In this document: in pieces, positions 1 through 13,873 of the stretch
Numbering within the stretch: the first letter of the stretch is position 1
Layout: the number at the start of each line of letters is the position of its first letter
Source: Octopus sinensis
Taxonomy: Eukaryota
NCBI RefSeq assembly: GCF_006345805.1
Contig: NC_043000.1
Coordinates: 127,038,001 to 127,102,000 of the forward strand
Length of the DNA stretch: 64,000 bases
Direction: 5' to 3'
Position numbers and translations under genes: made by a program
The notes under the pieces: model-generated
The model's input: the letters and a program-made list of their open reading frames with translations, nothing else
Told to the model about the DNA's origin: nothing
Database searches by the model: none

Positions 1-28
1 ATATAGGAAATAAGATGAGATTACTTAC

Positions 29-239
29 TTTGATATCGTTCACCCGTTTGTTGGCGTCACTGACCAGATAGGAAATATTGTTATCTTGACTAGAAATATG
101 ATTGGACATTTCTTTGAGCCAGGCCAATATTCCGTCGACTTGGTTTTTGAATTCTTGAATCGACTGATCATTGGTACTAGTGGCAAATAGCTGCTTATTG
201 GCTCTTGTGACCAATTCATCACACTTTTTCTCTGCAGAT
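29..239 (-). CDS. Internal coding exon (211 nt, phase 2/0) of the spectrin-repeat gene: (R)SAEKKCDELVTRANKQLFATSTNDQSIQEFKNQVDGILAWLKEMSNHISSQDNNISYLVSDANKRVNDIK
   Basis: Acceptor ctcttgttatctAG at 241-240 and donor GTAAGT at 28-23. The helix-A signature F...ILAWLKE is typical of spectrin repeats. The track ORF 40..222 is a different, wrong frame. The gene continues beyond the window start. Confidence 0.9.
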
Positions 240-429
240 CTAGATAACAAGAGATTTTTTTGAATTATATTTTCAGCAAACTGATTGCAGTCAATTTGGT
301 TGGATGGCTTGAAGATAAAATGCTAGCTTAGGATGTTTTATAGTGTATTGCATGGTTCAGTGAATTATAGTTCTGAATTGTGTAACGGTTAATTGTGAAT
401 GAGTTTAATCTGTCCAGTATCAATAAGAT

Positions 430-800
430 ATGTATGGAAAAGAAAGGAAGTTAGAAAGAAGAGGGGAGAAAAAGAGTGAAAGGTGGAGAAAGAGTAAAGG
501 AGAGAGGAGATGAATAAGAGAGGGTGAAAGAGAAAAATCAAGGGAGGAGGAGGAAATGAATAAGAGAGAGTGAAAGAGAAAAGCAAGGAGATAAAGAAGT
601 TGATTAAATGAGAAAGAGCAAAAGAGTATAAGCAGGGTGATATAAAAGAGAGAGGGAAGCATAATGGAAAGAAGTAAACATGATATAGAGAGAGGGAGTG
701 TGATTAAAAACATGCAAGAATAGAATTTTAAATGATGCAATGAGGGAAGAGAGAGAGAGACATATAGTCAAACGAATAAGAATGGATGATGAGATATAGA
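430..800. repeat. Purine-rich (GA/GAA) low-complexity tract
   Basis: Almost only A and G on the plus strand; source of several spurious Leu/Phe/Ser ORFs. Confidence 0.85.
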
Positions 801-1848
801 GAAAAATGAAATATAGAGGTAGGTTATATTTATTTTGCTGGAACGGTGTAACAGTTAAGGATTCAATATGCGACCTGGATACAGTGACAGACATTGAGTA
901 ATAGGTGATATGAGTCAGTGGGAGGGGGTGTTTGCAAACAGGATTCTTGCGATAAAACAGTATAACATATAGTAATGTGCGCATGTAGATGTGTGTCCAA
1001 AATAGTGGGACATAAAAGTTGACAAGAATAGATTAATAGAAATATCATAGCAAATATGTAACACATGGTAGAGAACAAAAAGAGACTGTGACATACGAGG
1101 TGGGGCTGAAAAGTTTCTGGCTTTGGGTAAAAGAAAATACAGGAGGATCAATTTACTCGCTTTACTCTTTTACTTGTTTCACTCATTTGACTGTGGTCAT
1201 GCTGGAGCACTGCCTTTAGTCGAGCAAATTGACCACAGGACTTATTCTTTGTAAGCCTAGTACTTATTCTATCGGTCTCTTTTGCCGAACCGCTAAGTTA
1301 TGGGGACATAAACACACCAACATCGGTTGTCAAGCAATGTTGGGGGGACAAACACAGACACACAAACACACACACACATATATATATATACATAGAAACG
1401 ACAGGCTTCTTTCAGTTTCTGTCTGCCAAATCCACTCACAAAGCTTTGGTTGGCCCGAGGCTACAGTAGAAGACACTTGCCCAAGGTTAATTATGATTTT
1501 ATTAAACACCAGCATCGGTTGTCAAGCGATGTTGGTGGGGACAAACACAGACACACACATATATATGCATAAACAATGGGCTTCTTTCAGTTTCTGTCTG
1601 CCAAATCCACTCAGAAGGCTTTGGTCAGCCTGAGGCTATAGTAGAAGACACTTGCCCAAGGTTAATTAGGATTTTATCAAACATATTCCCCTCTCAGATT
1701 CACACACTTATTGTAGTGGTCTTTCAGTTTTTCTAAGCCTTGTAAAAGAACTCAGAAGGCTGGGCTTCCAACCAGGCTTTTCATGATGCCCCTAAAGCCA
1801 GCACCCCTTCGTAGAAGAGACCGTTGTTATTTTGTGAGTGATACTCAC

Positions 1849-1967
1849 CTGACTTTGTCATCCACCAGTTGTACATCATGGCTGCTGAGTGTTTTAGTGA
1901 TAGTTTCCTGTTTAGATTTAATTTGTTTCAGCTTGTTGCTGCTTGACTCAAGTTTATGTGATAGTTT
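1849..1967 (-). CDS. Internal coding exon (119 nt, phase 0/2) of the spectrin-repeat gene: KLSHKLESSSNKLKQIKSKQETITKTLSSHDVQLVDDKV(R)
   Basis: Acceptor tattttctttaactttgcAG at 1969-1968 and donor AG|GTGAGT at 1848. Open frame with phases matching both neighbours. Not in the ORF track. Confidence 0.88.
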
Positions 1968-2085
1968 CTGCAAAGTTAAAGAAAATAGCAACATATAAAT
2001 AATGTCATAGAAATATCTTTAAAAATATAACAGAAACATTGTAGCAAATATTGTAAGACAAGGTAGAGAGCAACAAAGAGACTGT

Positions 2086-2378
2086 TGTTTGTTCCTTCTC
2101 GAGCCACACCTGGCTAGGTCCGGTTTCCTAGTTTCCTTGGTGTATAGGTTCCCCACCTGGACGGGACACTGAGCCGTCGCAGGTGAGCTGCAAGAGGAAA
2201 GAGTGAGAGAAAGTTGTGGGGAAAGAGTCAGCAGAAGTTCGCCATTACCTTCTGCCGGAGCCATGTGGAACTTAGGTATTTCGCTCATAAACACACACAT
2301 CGCTCGCTCTGAGATTTGAACCCGCGATCCCTCGACCGCGAGTCCGCTGCTCTAACCACTAGGCCATGTGCCTCCACT
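2086..2378 (-). mobile_element. Young tRNA-derived SINE with 14-bp target-site duplication
   Basis: Head gtggaggcacatggcctagtggttagagc...gggttcaaatctc (A/B-box-like). TSD aacaaagagactgt at 2072-2085 and 2379-2392. Confidence 0.85.
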
Positions 2379-4079
2379 AACAAAGAGACTGTGACATACA
2401 AGGGGGTGCTGAAAAGTTTGCATATTCGGGAAAATAAATTTAAGCACCATTTTGCATACAGGAGCTGGAGAATTTTTATTGAAAAAAAAATTGCATTTTA
2501 TATGCCATCAAACGTGGTATGCTCAATGTTAATATTATTTATGTACACTTCAATTATTAATGATTGTATCTATTTATGTTGTGTGAAAAATTTGAAAACC
2601 AGAAGTGGAAATTTAGAATAACAAATATCAATGGAGCAAGCTTGATAAGAAAATTATAGTAATTGATAAAATTTCCCTCAGCATATCTTCATGAAATTTT
2701 ATCTCTGAAAATATTATATAAAATGTCTTTGAAGTTGGGCACAACAACAAAGGGTCTGAAACTAGTCTCTTCTTGTGTTTCAGAATCCAATATCTATTAA
2801 TCAACAAATATTAATGTCACCCAGTCTGTATGGCACATGACATGATCAGGATTTGAAGTAACAACCTAGTTGGTTTGCATCTTTTGTTTCTTATAAACTT
2901 TCAGTTCCATTATGACACTCAAACACCGTTTCTTGAATGGTTAATTATTAAGACCTAAACAGAAAAGGATAAGCAATAAAATTGATCTGTTTCTATGACA
3001 ATGTTACCTTGAAACCAAACTAAATGGTTGAACAACTTCATTATTTGAGTTACAAAGCAATAATACTTGTCAAGCTTAATTTAAATGCTGTATAATTATC
3101 ATCAATTATTGCAGACAAAAGAATGAAATGTAGCTTTAATTATAGTTAATGGCTGATACCATTTAGAGACCTAAGCTTTTATGTTATCACTGAAATAATA
3201 CCGATTGGATACAAATTTCCTATCACTAAGAATTTTCAGACCAAAATAGGTTCCAATCATATTACTTTATAGAAATCAACAATTCACTACACTAATAAAC
3301 ATAGTAAATAATACAGGCAAACAATTTTTAGCATCCATTTTAGTCAACCATATTATCATGCTGACTGTTTGAAATGAAGTTTTATTGCTGCAGCTTATTA
3401 GAAACTCGTGATAATGAAGATATTCTATTGCTATGGTTTAGCGAGATATTGGGAAAAGTTTCATATACTAAGAGGAGTAATAAAGTAAATTAAAAGTGTT
3501 CTTAACCATGGTTTTCCCCCCATCTGATTATAGCTCACTCAAATTTTGACTTTATCTCTCTTTTAAACTTGCAAGAAAATCAATTTAAGTCTTACTCTTC
3601 AAAATTCTTACAGCACACAACAGCTAAACATATCAAACAAGTCTTGAATAACAGGAAAACAGAAATAAAATGGAAAATAAAAAGAACAATTTTTCTTTGT
3701 TTTTGCTGTTAGTGTTTAGATTCAGGCCAGTCCATGATTGAATAGATTTATGATTAAAGCTATTTCAGTTGTGATGATCCTTTCTTTTTGTATATCAGGG
3801 ATTAAGAACTATCTTATTTAATATGACCTTCCTTTTTTTCCCATTGATAAGATTGTAAGATATGAGTCAAGGAAGGCAGCATGAAGGCTTCCACCACAAG
3901 GTTCAGTTCTTACTGTAGTGTGGTGGAATGTGTGCTGCACTGAATCTGAGAACTATGCTAGTGAAGTGCAAGATTCTAGCAGAATCCCTTGTGTTGGACA
4001 AGTCAAAAGATAGAGGCCAGACTAATATAATATAATAATGAAATTATTGTATACAGTGCTCAGGTGCACCACAACTTGT

Positions 4080-4560
4080 CAAAAGTTCGTATAAAAAATA
4101 TGCAGTAATGTACATATGTCTGGGAAGTGAACAGTGTATGAGTCAGATACATGCTTGCGTGTGTATGGAGGGAGAAAATCAGGTGTAGTGTTGGCGAATC
4201 TCAGGAAGCATGGAAGTTTTGAAGGATGCAGTGCTCCGACAACTAACAACTGAAGCTGGCAGTTTGTTCCATACTTCAGCAACTCTTACAGTGAAAAAAT
4301 GGATCATCTCTTCTCAGAGACAAAAATGGGTTTGCGTAGGGTCAAAACCCCTACCTAGAAAACAAGCAAAGTTACAGAAGCATCAAAGACACTTTGAAAC
4401 CAACAAGACCTGGGAGAGGAAAAGATCCTAGAGTCAAGAACAGTGGTGAAAAGTTGTTGATGGCCAATGCTCCACAGGAGGAGAAAGATTTAAGCAAGTA
4501 AGTGCTGAGCCTTCTTCATTATTTCTGTAGTCATAGGTTCAAGAACAAGGTGTGCAAGTG
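4080..4560 (-). mobile_element. CR1/L2-like LINE 3' end
   Basis: FFTVRVAEVWNKLPASVVSCRSTASFKTSMLPEIRQHYT* matches the FF..RV...WN.LP..VV.....FK C-terminal motif, followed by a 3' UTR. Confidence 0.75.
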
Positions 4561-5048
4561 TTGCTCCTAAAATTTTTTTTGGAAGCAATGAAAACACTTT
4601 AAACATTCTTCTGAAAAACTGGGTTTGGACCCATAAGCAAATTTTGCTTCTGCACTCACATCTATAATAGTTGTGGTTTGGCCCAAGCTCAACACTGATT
4701 GAGGTTGAGAAGCTGACTGATGAAAAAAATATTCTTTCCAGTCATGACCATCCCATCATTCCAGTATCATGTCTAATATTGTATTATCTAATGTGTCTTT
4801 TCTTATTTCAAAATGGCAGGGTGAGATTTGAGGGAAATATGGCTGCTACTTCTAGAATGTGAAAAGATCACATAATGGCTGCTGGACCATGGATTTATTT
4901 TTGTAAGTACTTATCTGTGGTACACCATTTGTTTGTTCAGTGTCTTCTCTTCTGCAGTTCATGGTGCACTGACAATTTTGAAATGGCATTAAATACTCAT
5001 ATCAATATAAAACAGATTTAAGGCAGCAAGTTGGTAGAATTGTCAGTA

Positions 5049-5280
5049 AGGCGGCGAGGTGGCAGAAACGTTAGCATGCCAGGTGAAATGCTTAGTGGTA
5101 TTTCGTCTGCTGCTACATTCTGAGCTCAAATTCCGCCGAGATTGACTTAGCCTTTCATCCTTTCAGAGTCGCTTAAATAAGTACCAGTTATGCACTGGGG
5201 TCGATGTAGTCGACTTAATCCCTTTGTTTGTCCTTGTTTGTCCCCTCTATGTTTAGCCCCTTGTGGGCAGTAAAGAAATA
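5049..5280 (+). mobile_element. SINE family B (aaggcggcgagctggcagaa... head) nested in an older copy of the same family
   Basis: TSD agaattgtcagta at 5036-5048 and 5281-5293 splits an older copy spanning about 5020-5460. Other full copies: 5656-5891 (-), 39521-39748 (+, TSD acaaactttata), 59421-59639 (+, TSD ggtatatcaaccact). Older copies at about 19170-19370, 30330-30430, 42930-43130 and 46390-46520. Confidence 0.85.
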
Positions 5281-6721
5281 AGAATTGTCAGTATGCCAAG
5301 TAAAACGTTTAGCAGCATTTTGTCTGTCTTTAAGCTGTGAATTCAAATAGCCTTTCATCTTTCAGGGTTGATAAAATAATTACCAGTTGAGCAGGGTGGG
5401 GGTTGATATAATCGACTTACCCCTGCCCCAAAATTATTGTCCTTGTGCTAAAATTTAAAACCAATATAAAACAGAATTGACATTACATAACTGTTGGTGC
5501 ACACCCTAAGATCCCAGTAAACAAACAGGTGATATAGCCAGGATTTTGACCCTGAAGAAAAAAAACAAGTCTCATAAAGAGCAGAAATTACTTTTAAACC
5601 ATTAAGTTACTGAAACAATCTTGTCTTCTTTTCAAAAGTGTTATTTCTATATTCTTATTCCTTTATTGCCCACAAGGGGCAAAACACAGAGGGAACAAAC
5701 AAGGACAGACAAAGTGATGAAGTCGATTACATCGACCCCATTGCGTAACTGGTACTTAATTTATTGATCCCGAAAGGATGAAAGTCAAAGTCGACCTCGG
5801 TGGAATTTGAACTCAGAATGTTACGGCAGACAAAATACCGCTAAGCATTTCGCCCGGCATGTTAATGCTTCTGCCAGCTCGCCACCTTATACTATATTCT
5901 GCAGTACAGAAATATTAGAGGGGATGACAAATGCAGGAAAACTCTCTTACTTTTTTACTGAATCATTACAGGCTCAAAACAAATTTCCCATCACTAAGAA
6001 TTTACAGACTAAAATAGGCTCCAGTCATATTACTTTATAGAAATCAACAATTCACTGCACTAATAAACATAGTAAATAATACAGGCAAACAATTTTTAGC
6101 ATCAGTTTTACTACAGCATTTTATCAGGCTGACTGTTTGAGATGAAGTTTTATTGCCTCAGCTTATTAGAATCTTGTGATAATGAAGATATTCTATTGGT
6201 ATAGCTTAGCGATATATTGGGAAAGTTTCATACGCTACAGGAGTAATAAAGTAAATTAAAAGTGCTCTTAACCATGGTTTTTCCCCATCTGATTATAGTT
6301 CACTCAAATTTTGACTTCATCTCTTTTTAAACTTGCAAGAAAATCAATTTAAGTCTTACTCTTCAAACTTCCTACTACACACAAACTAAATATACTAAAC
6401 AGGGGTCTTGAATACAAAAAAAAAAGCAAAAAACAATTTTGTTCATAACTGTTTAGATCCAGGTTAATCCTTAGTGAACAGACTAATGATATTACAGCTG
6501 TATTGATCCATTCTTTTTTTGTATATTAGGGTGTAACTACCTTATTCGATTTGAACATTGAGTTAAGACCAATTGAGATTACAAGCTACCATAAGCAACC
6601 AGAGAAAGAAGACAAATAAAAAAGAGCTTAATGTTGCAAAGACTCAACGACAAAAAGCTGACTGAACCTCCCAAAGCACCACCCACACTCCCACACGCCT
6701 ACAAATATAAGTTTTTACAAA

Positions 6722-6778
<57 letters not shown>

Positions 6779-7229
6779 TACATACATACATACATATATA
6801 CATACATACACACATTAAATGCTTAATAATTATTTATAAATATGATATATGTGTGTATATACAGATACATATATAAGTTACAATGTTTAATATTATACAT
6901 GCATGTATATATATATATATATATATATGAATAAAAGTTTTTGTGAAATAGGGAGGTATCTTTTATTTATAAACAGATTTGGAAAGTTTGGATTTTCCTA
7001 AGGAAAGGAGATAGAATATTGCTCAACTCCTTTTTATTTTGTTATTTATGTTGTTGTCTAGTGTTGGAAAATTCAGACTTTTTATGTGTGTATATAAATA
7101 AATGAAGAAAAGATATCTCCATTACATCTAATTTTTCTATCAATTTTTTAAAAACATATATATTGTAGTGCACCTGAGCACTGTCTACAATAAGATCATG
7201 ATATACAAAAAAAAAAAATGGGGTTCCAC

Positions 7230-7570
7230 TGAAAGATCTTTGGGCTAATGTTACTTGACAGGGTATGGAGCTCACAAACAAGAAGTCTTTCCAGGTTGAG
7301 CTACAGCTTCTTACATAGAAAGGTTACAGTTCCAGTATTATGGATATGTGATCAGAATGTCACAAGAAAGGATCACAAAACAAGGTTCTTCAAATTGAGT
7401 CAACCAGCAAGAAACTTAGGGGTAGACCAAGAATGGGCCGATTGGATAATATTCATAGTCTCAAGCTTGGGAATCCAGCAGGAAAGTGTAATGTTTACTT
7501 TCAATAAGATCCTATGGAGGAGGTGCCAGAAGACTCTACCCCCAGAACTTTCCCAGAGAAAATAGATGGA
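7230..7570 (+). mobile_element. Decayed RTE-clade LINE 3' fragment
   Basis: Frameshifted YGYVIRMSQERITKQ/VLQIESTSKKLRGRPRMGRLDNI resembles the RTE GHVxRM...GKRxRGRPRxRW motif. Confidence 0.65.
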
Positions 7571-7952
7571 GCGTCAGTCAATTAGGCCAGCTTTTTGTGA
7601 TGGATGTGTTGTTTGACTAATTTCTATTTTAATCTTTTGTGTGTTACATTATTTGAGATGCAGTATCAACATTTTCATAGCAATCCTTGTTGACATTACT
7701 CATTTCTTTCATGTGATCCAGCACATTTCCTGAATTCTTCTTTGTGATCCTTCATAAATTCTTTATAACTTCTATTTTTCACAGAATCTCAAAATAAACA
7801 ATGGTCTAAGGCATTTTTCCAAGTTGGAAATGAGATTCTTTCATTTAGTTTTAATTAATTTTTCTTTTTTAAATCAAACTGTTTCCTTCTTTTACACAAA
7901 AAAAACAACAAAAAACAACAACAACAACAATAATAATAATCATAATTATAAT

Positions 7953-7987
<35 letters not shown>

Positions 7988-9459
7988 TATAGTAGTAGTA
8001 GTAGTAATGCACTCAATTTCTGAAGCTATAGCATAAATAATTTTCAGCAAATATGATTGGAGTGGGGGTGGGGACAGGGAGAAGTTTCTTTTAAAAACAT
8101 TAAATTTCATTATATCTATTTTTATTATTAGTGATTGGTAGTATCCATATCTTCAACTGATTAAAATTGATGCTTTGAAAGAATACAGGCTTTATACAGA
8201 AACAGGCAAACTGTTTTCTTTTGATTATGGTTTTGCTATGCCATTACAAGCCCTAGCAATGGCTGAAACAGTTGCTTAGCACCAAATAATGTTATGTAGA
8301 TGAAAGAGAAATGTCCCTCTTCATAGGGCACTAGTGTATCATAAATAACATTCCAAAAATATATGGTACTTATTTCCTTTGGCTAAGTGAACTAAAACAT
8401 GAAGAATTAAGTGTCCTTAGTGCATATCATAAAATACCTACTTACAACAAGTATAAACTCATAATTTATGGCTACATGCATTTGGAATTTGATTTTATAA
8501 GTCCTATTTTTCTTTCTTTGCAATTAAATTTTTTTTATTTTAAAATCCATTAATAAAGAATACTAAAAAAGTAAAAAACCTGATTATTTTAAGGTGGGTC
8601 AATAAAATAACTTGTTACAGAGAATAGATTCAAAACTAAATATTCTAGCTTCAATCCAAAACCACAATTTCAGATTTGAGATTGTAGTAATGATATGCAT
8701 ACATTATTTTCCTCCATCACCATTTATACACTCATTTCTATTGTATATTTCTTATTTTTTGTTTCTAATTAAAAAAAAAATTACAGAATGGAAACTAATT
8801 CCCAAAGGGTGAACATCGAAATTACATTCAGGAATTCAATTTATTTTATTCATTGTTTCAATTTCCGATCTAATTTTCTATAGCCCAACATGCGTCAAAA
8901 TGGGGAAGCTAAACATAAAGCTGATGGCAGTGAAATTATGCTGTTGTTACCACTACTGCGACTACTGTTGATTATATCTAATCATCTTAACCAAGTTCCT
9001 TTATCTTTAGAATGTTTCTCACTAATTCTCTCTCCCTTTCATCATATATCCCAAGCAACAGCTGTAATTTTGATGGCCATGGGATCAGGCATGCTAAATG
9101 ACATGCATACGTGATCCTTCTCTTTGATTAAAACAAATCCTCCAGCTGGAACTAAAATGGTTTCTGAAATTTTATCATGTAACCACTTGCAACCATCTTC
9201 CATCTTTATAAATTCACAATGATGAGCAAAGCTAAAACTGATTTATTTTTTAATGTTTATTCTTAAATGTTTAATAAAACCCCCTTAACTTCCCTACACA
9301 ATCTGTCCTATCACATTTTCAACTGTATCCCTGAATTTGTTTCAACATTGCCATTAATCCCTTTGTTCTTCATCACCATCCTCTCCTCTTACCCTCCTTC
9401 ATCTCTCTGCCCAGAATAATTGGACACTCTCTCTTCTGTTCTCCCTCAGTTACAAGAAT

Positions 9460-10260
9460 GGTCCATTTAGGCCCTTAGCCTTGCAATAGTACAAGGTGAT
9501 CATCACTGGTGCTGGTGCTATAAAAAGAAAGCACCCAGTACATTCTGTAAAATGGTTGGCATTCAGCCTTAGCTGATGTATCAAAGTAGACACTGGAGTA
9601 CAATGTAGTCCTCCTACTCTTCAGGATCCAGCAAAACAATTGAACCCACAACTTCAGGACCCATCAAAACAACTGAATGCTATATATCATATGCCTACAA
9701 CAGCTAAATCTAAACAGAGTAATATTATATTTCAGTCTAATTTTAACTGCACAATATGCATGAATTCACAACTTAATAGCAAATAGATATATCTATCATC
9801 TAGCACTTCTTCTGAAATGATATATATGTATATATGTCTAGCAATGTCTGCGTGAGTGCATTTATGTTTATTTATACATGCGCAACACATGCATACGCAT
9901 ATAAATATGTATATATGTGTGACAATACATATATAGATAGCTGATAGATAGATAGATATACATACACAAACGCATACATGCACCTATACACACATATGCA
10001 TATACACGCACATACACACGCACACACCACAAAAGCACATTGTGTGTGTGTGTGAGTGCAAAAAAGTAAGGGGGAAGAAGGGTCCATTTAGGCCCTTAGC
10101 CTTGCAATAGTACAAAGTGGTCATCACTAGTTTTGGTGCTATAAAAAGAAAGCACCCAGTACATTCTGTAAAATGGTTGGCATTCAGCTTTAGACATTGG
10201 AGTACAATGTAGTTCTCTTACTCTTCAGGACCCATCAAAATAACTGAACCCAAGCCAGCA
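9460..10260. repeat. Local direct duplication of about 180-220 bp (9460-~9680 and 10081-~10260)
   Basis: Both copies start ggtccatttaggcccttagccttgcaatagtacaa and are separated by a CA/TA microsatellite. Confidence 0.85.
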
Positions 10261-10761
10261 TGGATGGCAGATATTAAATGATGATGATGATGATGGACCT
10301 AGGGCTTTGAGTATTTTATTCTTCATCAATGTCATCATTGCCAGCATCCTCCTCATTCTATTTCTGCTTTACCATGTTAGAATCTCATTATTTATTGTGG
10401 TCCTTCGTCATGTGGTGCACACAACAGAAAAAATGCCAGTTTTTGTTATAGATTATGTCATGTTTCTTGTCATACTTTTTGAATAGATCGATGTCCTTCT
10501 TATCATCGACCATGTGGAAACATAGACTGGATGCTAGAAGGATTGTTTGAGACAACTAGGCCCATATGTCAATATCTTTGTGAAGTTGAAGCCTATAAAA
10601 TTTAAAACATTCCAACCTTTTTGGACTTCAATCTAACAAAGGGAGATTTGGCTGCTATTTCTAACATGTTGGGCAGCCATATAGAGGCTCCCTTATTAGC
10701 TCTTGCCTATAATGTATTTCTGTGTGGTAGCTGCTCCATCCTACATACAATAGAGAGACAT

Positions 10762-11026
10762 TTAACCCTTTTAGCATTCAGATTACTCTATCTAATGTAA
10801 TACTTATTCATATTTTTTTAATTATCTTGTAGCTTAAAGATTTCAATGTTGTGATTGTTTATTTTTCAGAACGACATTGTAAAATAGGTGTGAGAAGTCA
10901 GTTTGAACATAAAACAAGAAGAACATTTGGACTTGATAAAATAGGTGTGAGAGGCCAGATTTGGTCAGTTTGAACATAAAAGAAGAACATTTGGACTTGA
11001 TACAAATTATTTAAATGTTAAAGGGC
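10762..11026. mobile_element. Second TTAA-CCCTTT-type MITE family with an internal ~60-bp duplication; another copy at about 32490-32672 in the opposite orientation
   Basis: Shared ends ttaaccctttt(t)agcattcagattactc and aatgctaaaagg, with homologous internal sequence (gccagatttgg, tttgaacataaaac). Confidence 0.6.
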
Positions 11027-11369
11027 AAAGTAAACAACATACAAACTTGTCTCACATAAGAAATGAAACTGTCATATGGTTATAGAAGCAGATCAGCAGC
11101 TCATACATATTTTGAGTATAAGAAATACTACAAGTACGTTTTTGTATATATGCAGATACCATTTAATTGAACATGGGTCTGCTTGATAACTTTGAGCTAA
11201 ACAACGGCAACATTTAGTACACTTAGTGAATAAGTTCCAAGTCATCTAGAAAATGTTAGCCACACTACAGGAGGTTGACTTATCTCTTAACAGAACCAGA
11301 CATCAGTTCTAAGAACCACTTAATAGCTATTGGTGGCATTTAACTTTATTTAATGTTGGCTTATATTAT

Positions 11370-11680
11370 GGTGGTGGTGGTGATGGTGGTTGTGAAGGTA
11401 GTAGTTGTGGTAGATGTGCTAAGAGATAGTAATGGTTATGATAGTGGTAGGGGTAGTGGTGAAGGCAATGGTGGTAGCAGCAGTGGTGATTGAAGTAAAG
11501 ATGGTAGTGATGGTGGTGATGATGGTGACTGCTAAGGTAATAGTTGTGGTAGTCATGGTGGTGATTGTTGCAGTGGTGGTGATGGCGATGGCAGTGGTGA
11601 TAGTAAAGATTTTAGTAGTGGTAGTGGTGGTGGTGGTAAGGGTGGTTGTATTGATAGTATTGGTTATCATAATGGTGGTA
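11370..11680. repeat. Degenerate (GTG/GTA/GAT)n trinucleotide tract
   Basis: Read directly; gives the poly-Val and poly-Thr ORFs. Confidence 0.9.
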
Positions 11681-13824
11681 GATATACATGAGCGACACAC
11701 AAATACTGAAAGGTGAAAGGTGTACATATAGCTGCAGGTATGGCTGTGTAGTTAAGAAGCTTGCTTTGCAATCACAAGATTTTGGGTTCAGTTCCACGTG
11801 ACAGCACCTTGGGCTAGTATCTTCTACTATAACCCCTGTCCAACCAATTCCTTCTGACTGTGCAAGTGAATTCATTCAACAGATGGAAACTGTAAGGAAG
11901 CCTTGGCATGTAAAAGGTATGAAGCACATTGGGTGAAATGGTTGGCGCTAGGAAGGGCATCCAGTCATAGAAAGCAAACCAAATTAGACTGGAACCTGGT
12001 ACAGTTCTCTGGCTTGCTAGCTCTGGTCAAACTATCTAACCCATGCCAGCATGGAAAATGGATATTAAAGGATGATGATGGTGATGATGATGAAGATGAT
12101 GATGATGGACATACACACACGTGTGTGTGTGTCTTTATGTTTGTTGCCTCCACAACCAGTGTTGGATTGCTTATTTCACTGTAACTTAGAGGTTCAGCTA
12201 AAGGGACTGATAGAATAAGTACCAGAGTCAATCTGTTCAACTAAACCCTTCAAGGTAATGCCCCAGCATGGGCACAATCTGATGATTTAAAAAAGTAAAA
12301 GATATTCAAAAATTTAACAGTGATGTTGTTGTTTAACCCCAGGCCAACTCAGATTTAACAGATCTAAGATCAAAGTCTGCTAAGCTGTGAATATCTCATC
12401 TTTATATTTTCCTTTCCAAGCATCATACAAATATGTCCTACATTTTCTAAGATGGTACAGCATGATCTAAGGAAAATTTGGCTACTATTTCTTGCAGGTT
12501 GCTAGCCCAGGAACTTTAACATTTATTATTTTTTTTCCAAAATCTGAGATCTTGTGTATTTATATAGACACTCAATGTCTCAGATTAAAAAAGAAATGAG
12601 ATTATGAGATGTTCATGCCTTTTCTTGCAGGAATAACTGCATGGTTAAGAAGTTCACTTCCCAGCTAAATAGCTTTGAGCTCAGTTTCACAGTGTGGCAC
12701 CATGACCAAGTGTCTTCTGGCCCTTGTGAGTGAATTTAGTAGATGGAAACTGAAAGAAGCCCATCATATGCATGTATGTATTTGTGTGTGTTCTTTGGGT
12801 TCTTTCTTGTCTTGACACTGTGTGATGTTGTAAACAAGGGTCACCTTAATACAAGTGGGGGTCGTTCATTTCTAGTCTTTCATGAAAACAAAATCAGCCA
12901 AGGGGAAATATTAACAAAATCACCACCACCATAAGGAAGCCTCCAAGTGGTCATTCAACCTGCTAGAAGAAGCAATCAAATTTCCTTCATGTCAACACCC
13001 CAGCATCTTAACGAAGAATATATTGGATCAAATAGTTTTGGATTCCATGCATATAAAAAAAAATTGGATGGATGGTTGGTCATGACTGGAAAGCCTTTGG
13101 CTAAATGCATGCTCGATCAAGGTTGACTTGGAGCAAAACAACACAATGACTGGGGTTGTTTAATTCAGACACAACCGGTGGTGGTAGTGATGGCGACGGC
13201 AGTGTCCACCACCACCACCACCATCTCACTGATGATCCAATACAACCATCATTTCAAACCACAACATCACATCAATGACTGAAGCTAATTGATCACACAC
13301 ACACACACACACACACATATGCACATGGATTATTTGTTTCTTTTTATGTCCATATCTCCATGCAGGTATGGGTTAGATGAATATATTGTTGAGGCATCAT
13401 TTTGCTGATAACCATTAATTTACACCAGCCCTGGGGGCCTTTCTGAATGGCATGTCAAACAAATTATGTTTTATGTAGTGTGGACTGCCTGATGATGAGC
13501 CATGCCTCATGTGGCCCCCTTCTTGGAAATGGTTGCTCATGCTTGGTTTATATCAATGAAGAATTTGTTGTGATTTATTATTCCATCAGTGTAAAAACAG
13601 GGAGTTGAGATATGTTACAAACACTCTGAACAACAATGACATTCAGAATGGTGTGTTATTGAGAGGTCTTTTATAAACTGATATGGAAGAAAGAGAGAAA
13701 AGAGAAAGGAAAAAAGAAAGTGGAGCAGAGAGAGAGAGAGAGAGAGAATGAATTGAGATAGAAAAAGGAAGACTTAGAATTCAGTGTTATTGAGATACCT
13801 TTTAAAAGGTGACAAAGGAGAGAA

Positions 13825-13873
<49 letters not shown>

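Larger units (their letters stand above)
3211..6555. repeat. Local direct duplication of about 600 bp (3211-~3825 and 5979-~6555)
   Basis: Colinear, roughly 85-90% similar by eye over the first ~400 bp and more diverged afterwards; offset about 2.77 kb. Confidence 0.85.

Noticed and set aside
40-222. Track ORF MMNWSQEPIS... (minus)
   Set aside because: Wrong frame of the real exon 239-29; the spectrin-like frame has proper splice sites and phase.
389-1151. Several overlapping Leu/Phe/Ser-rich minus-strand ORFs
   Set aside because: Products of a GA-rich low-complexity tract and repeat fragments.
9030-9229. Exon-like minus-strand segments (FAHHCEFIKMEDGCKWLHDK... and LLLGIYDEREREL)
   Set aside because: The first starts in phase 2, which is incompatible with the upstream donors. 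The two would be separated by only 49 nt, and the flanking true exons already give a full 105-aa repeat without them.
11419-11727. Poly-Thr and poly-Val ORFs resembling a mucin
   Set aside because: A trinucleotide repeat tract with no splice support or unique domain.
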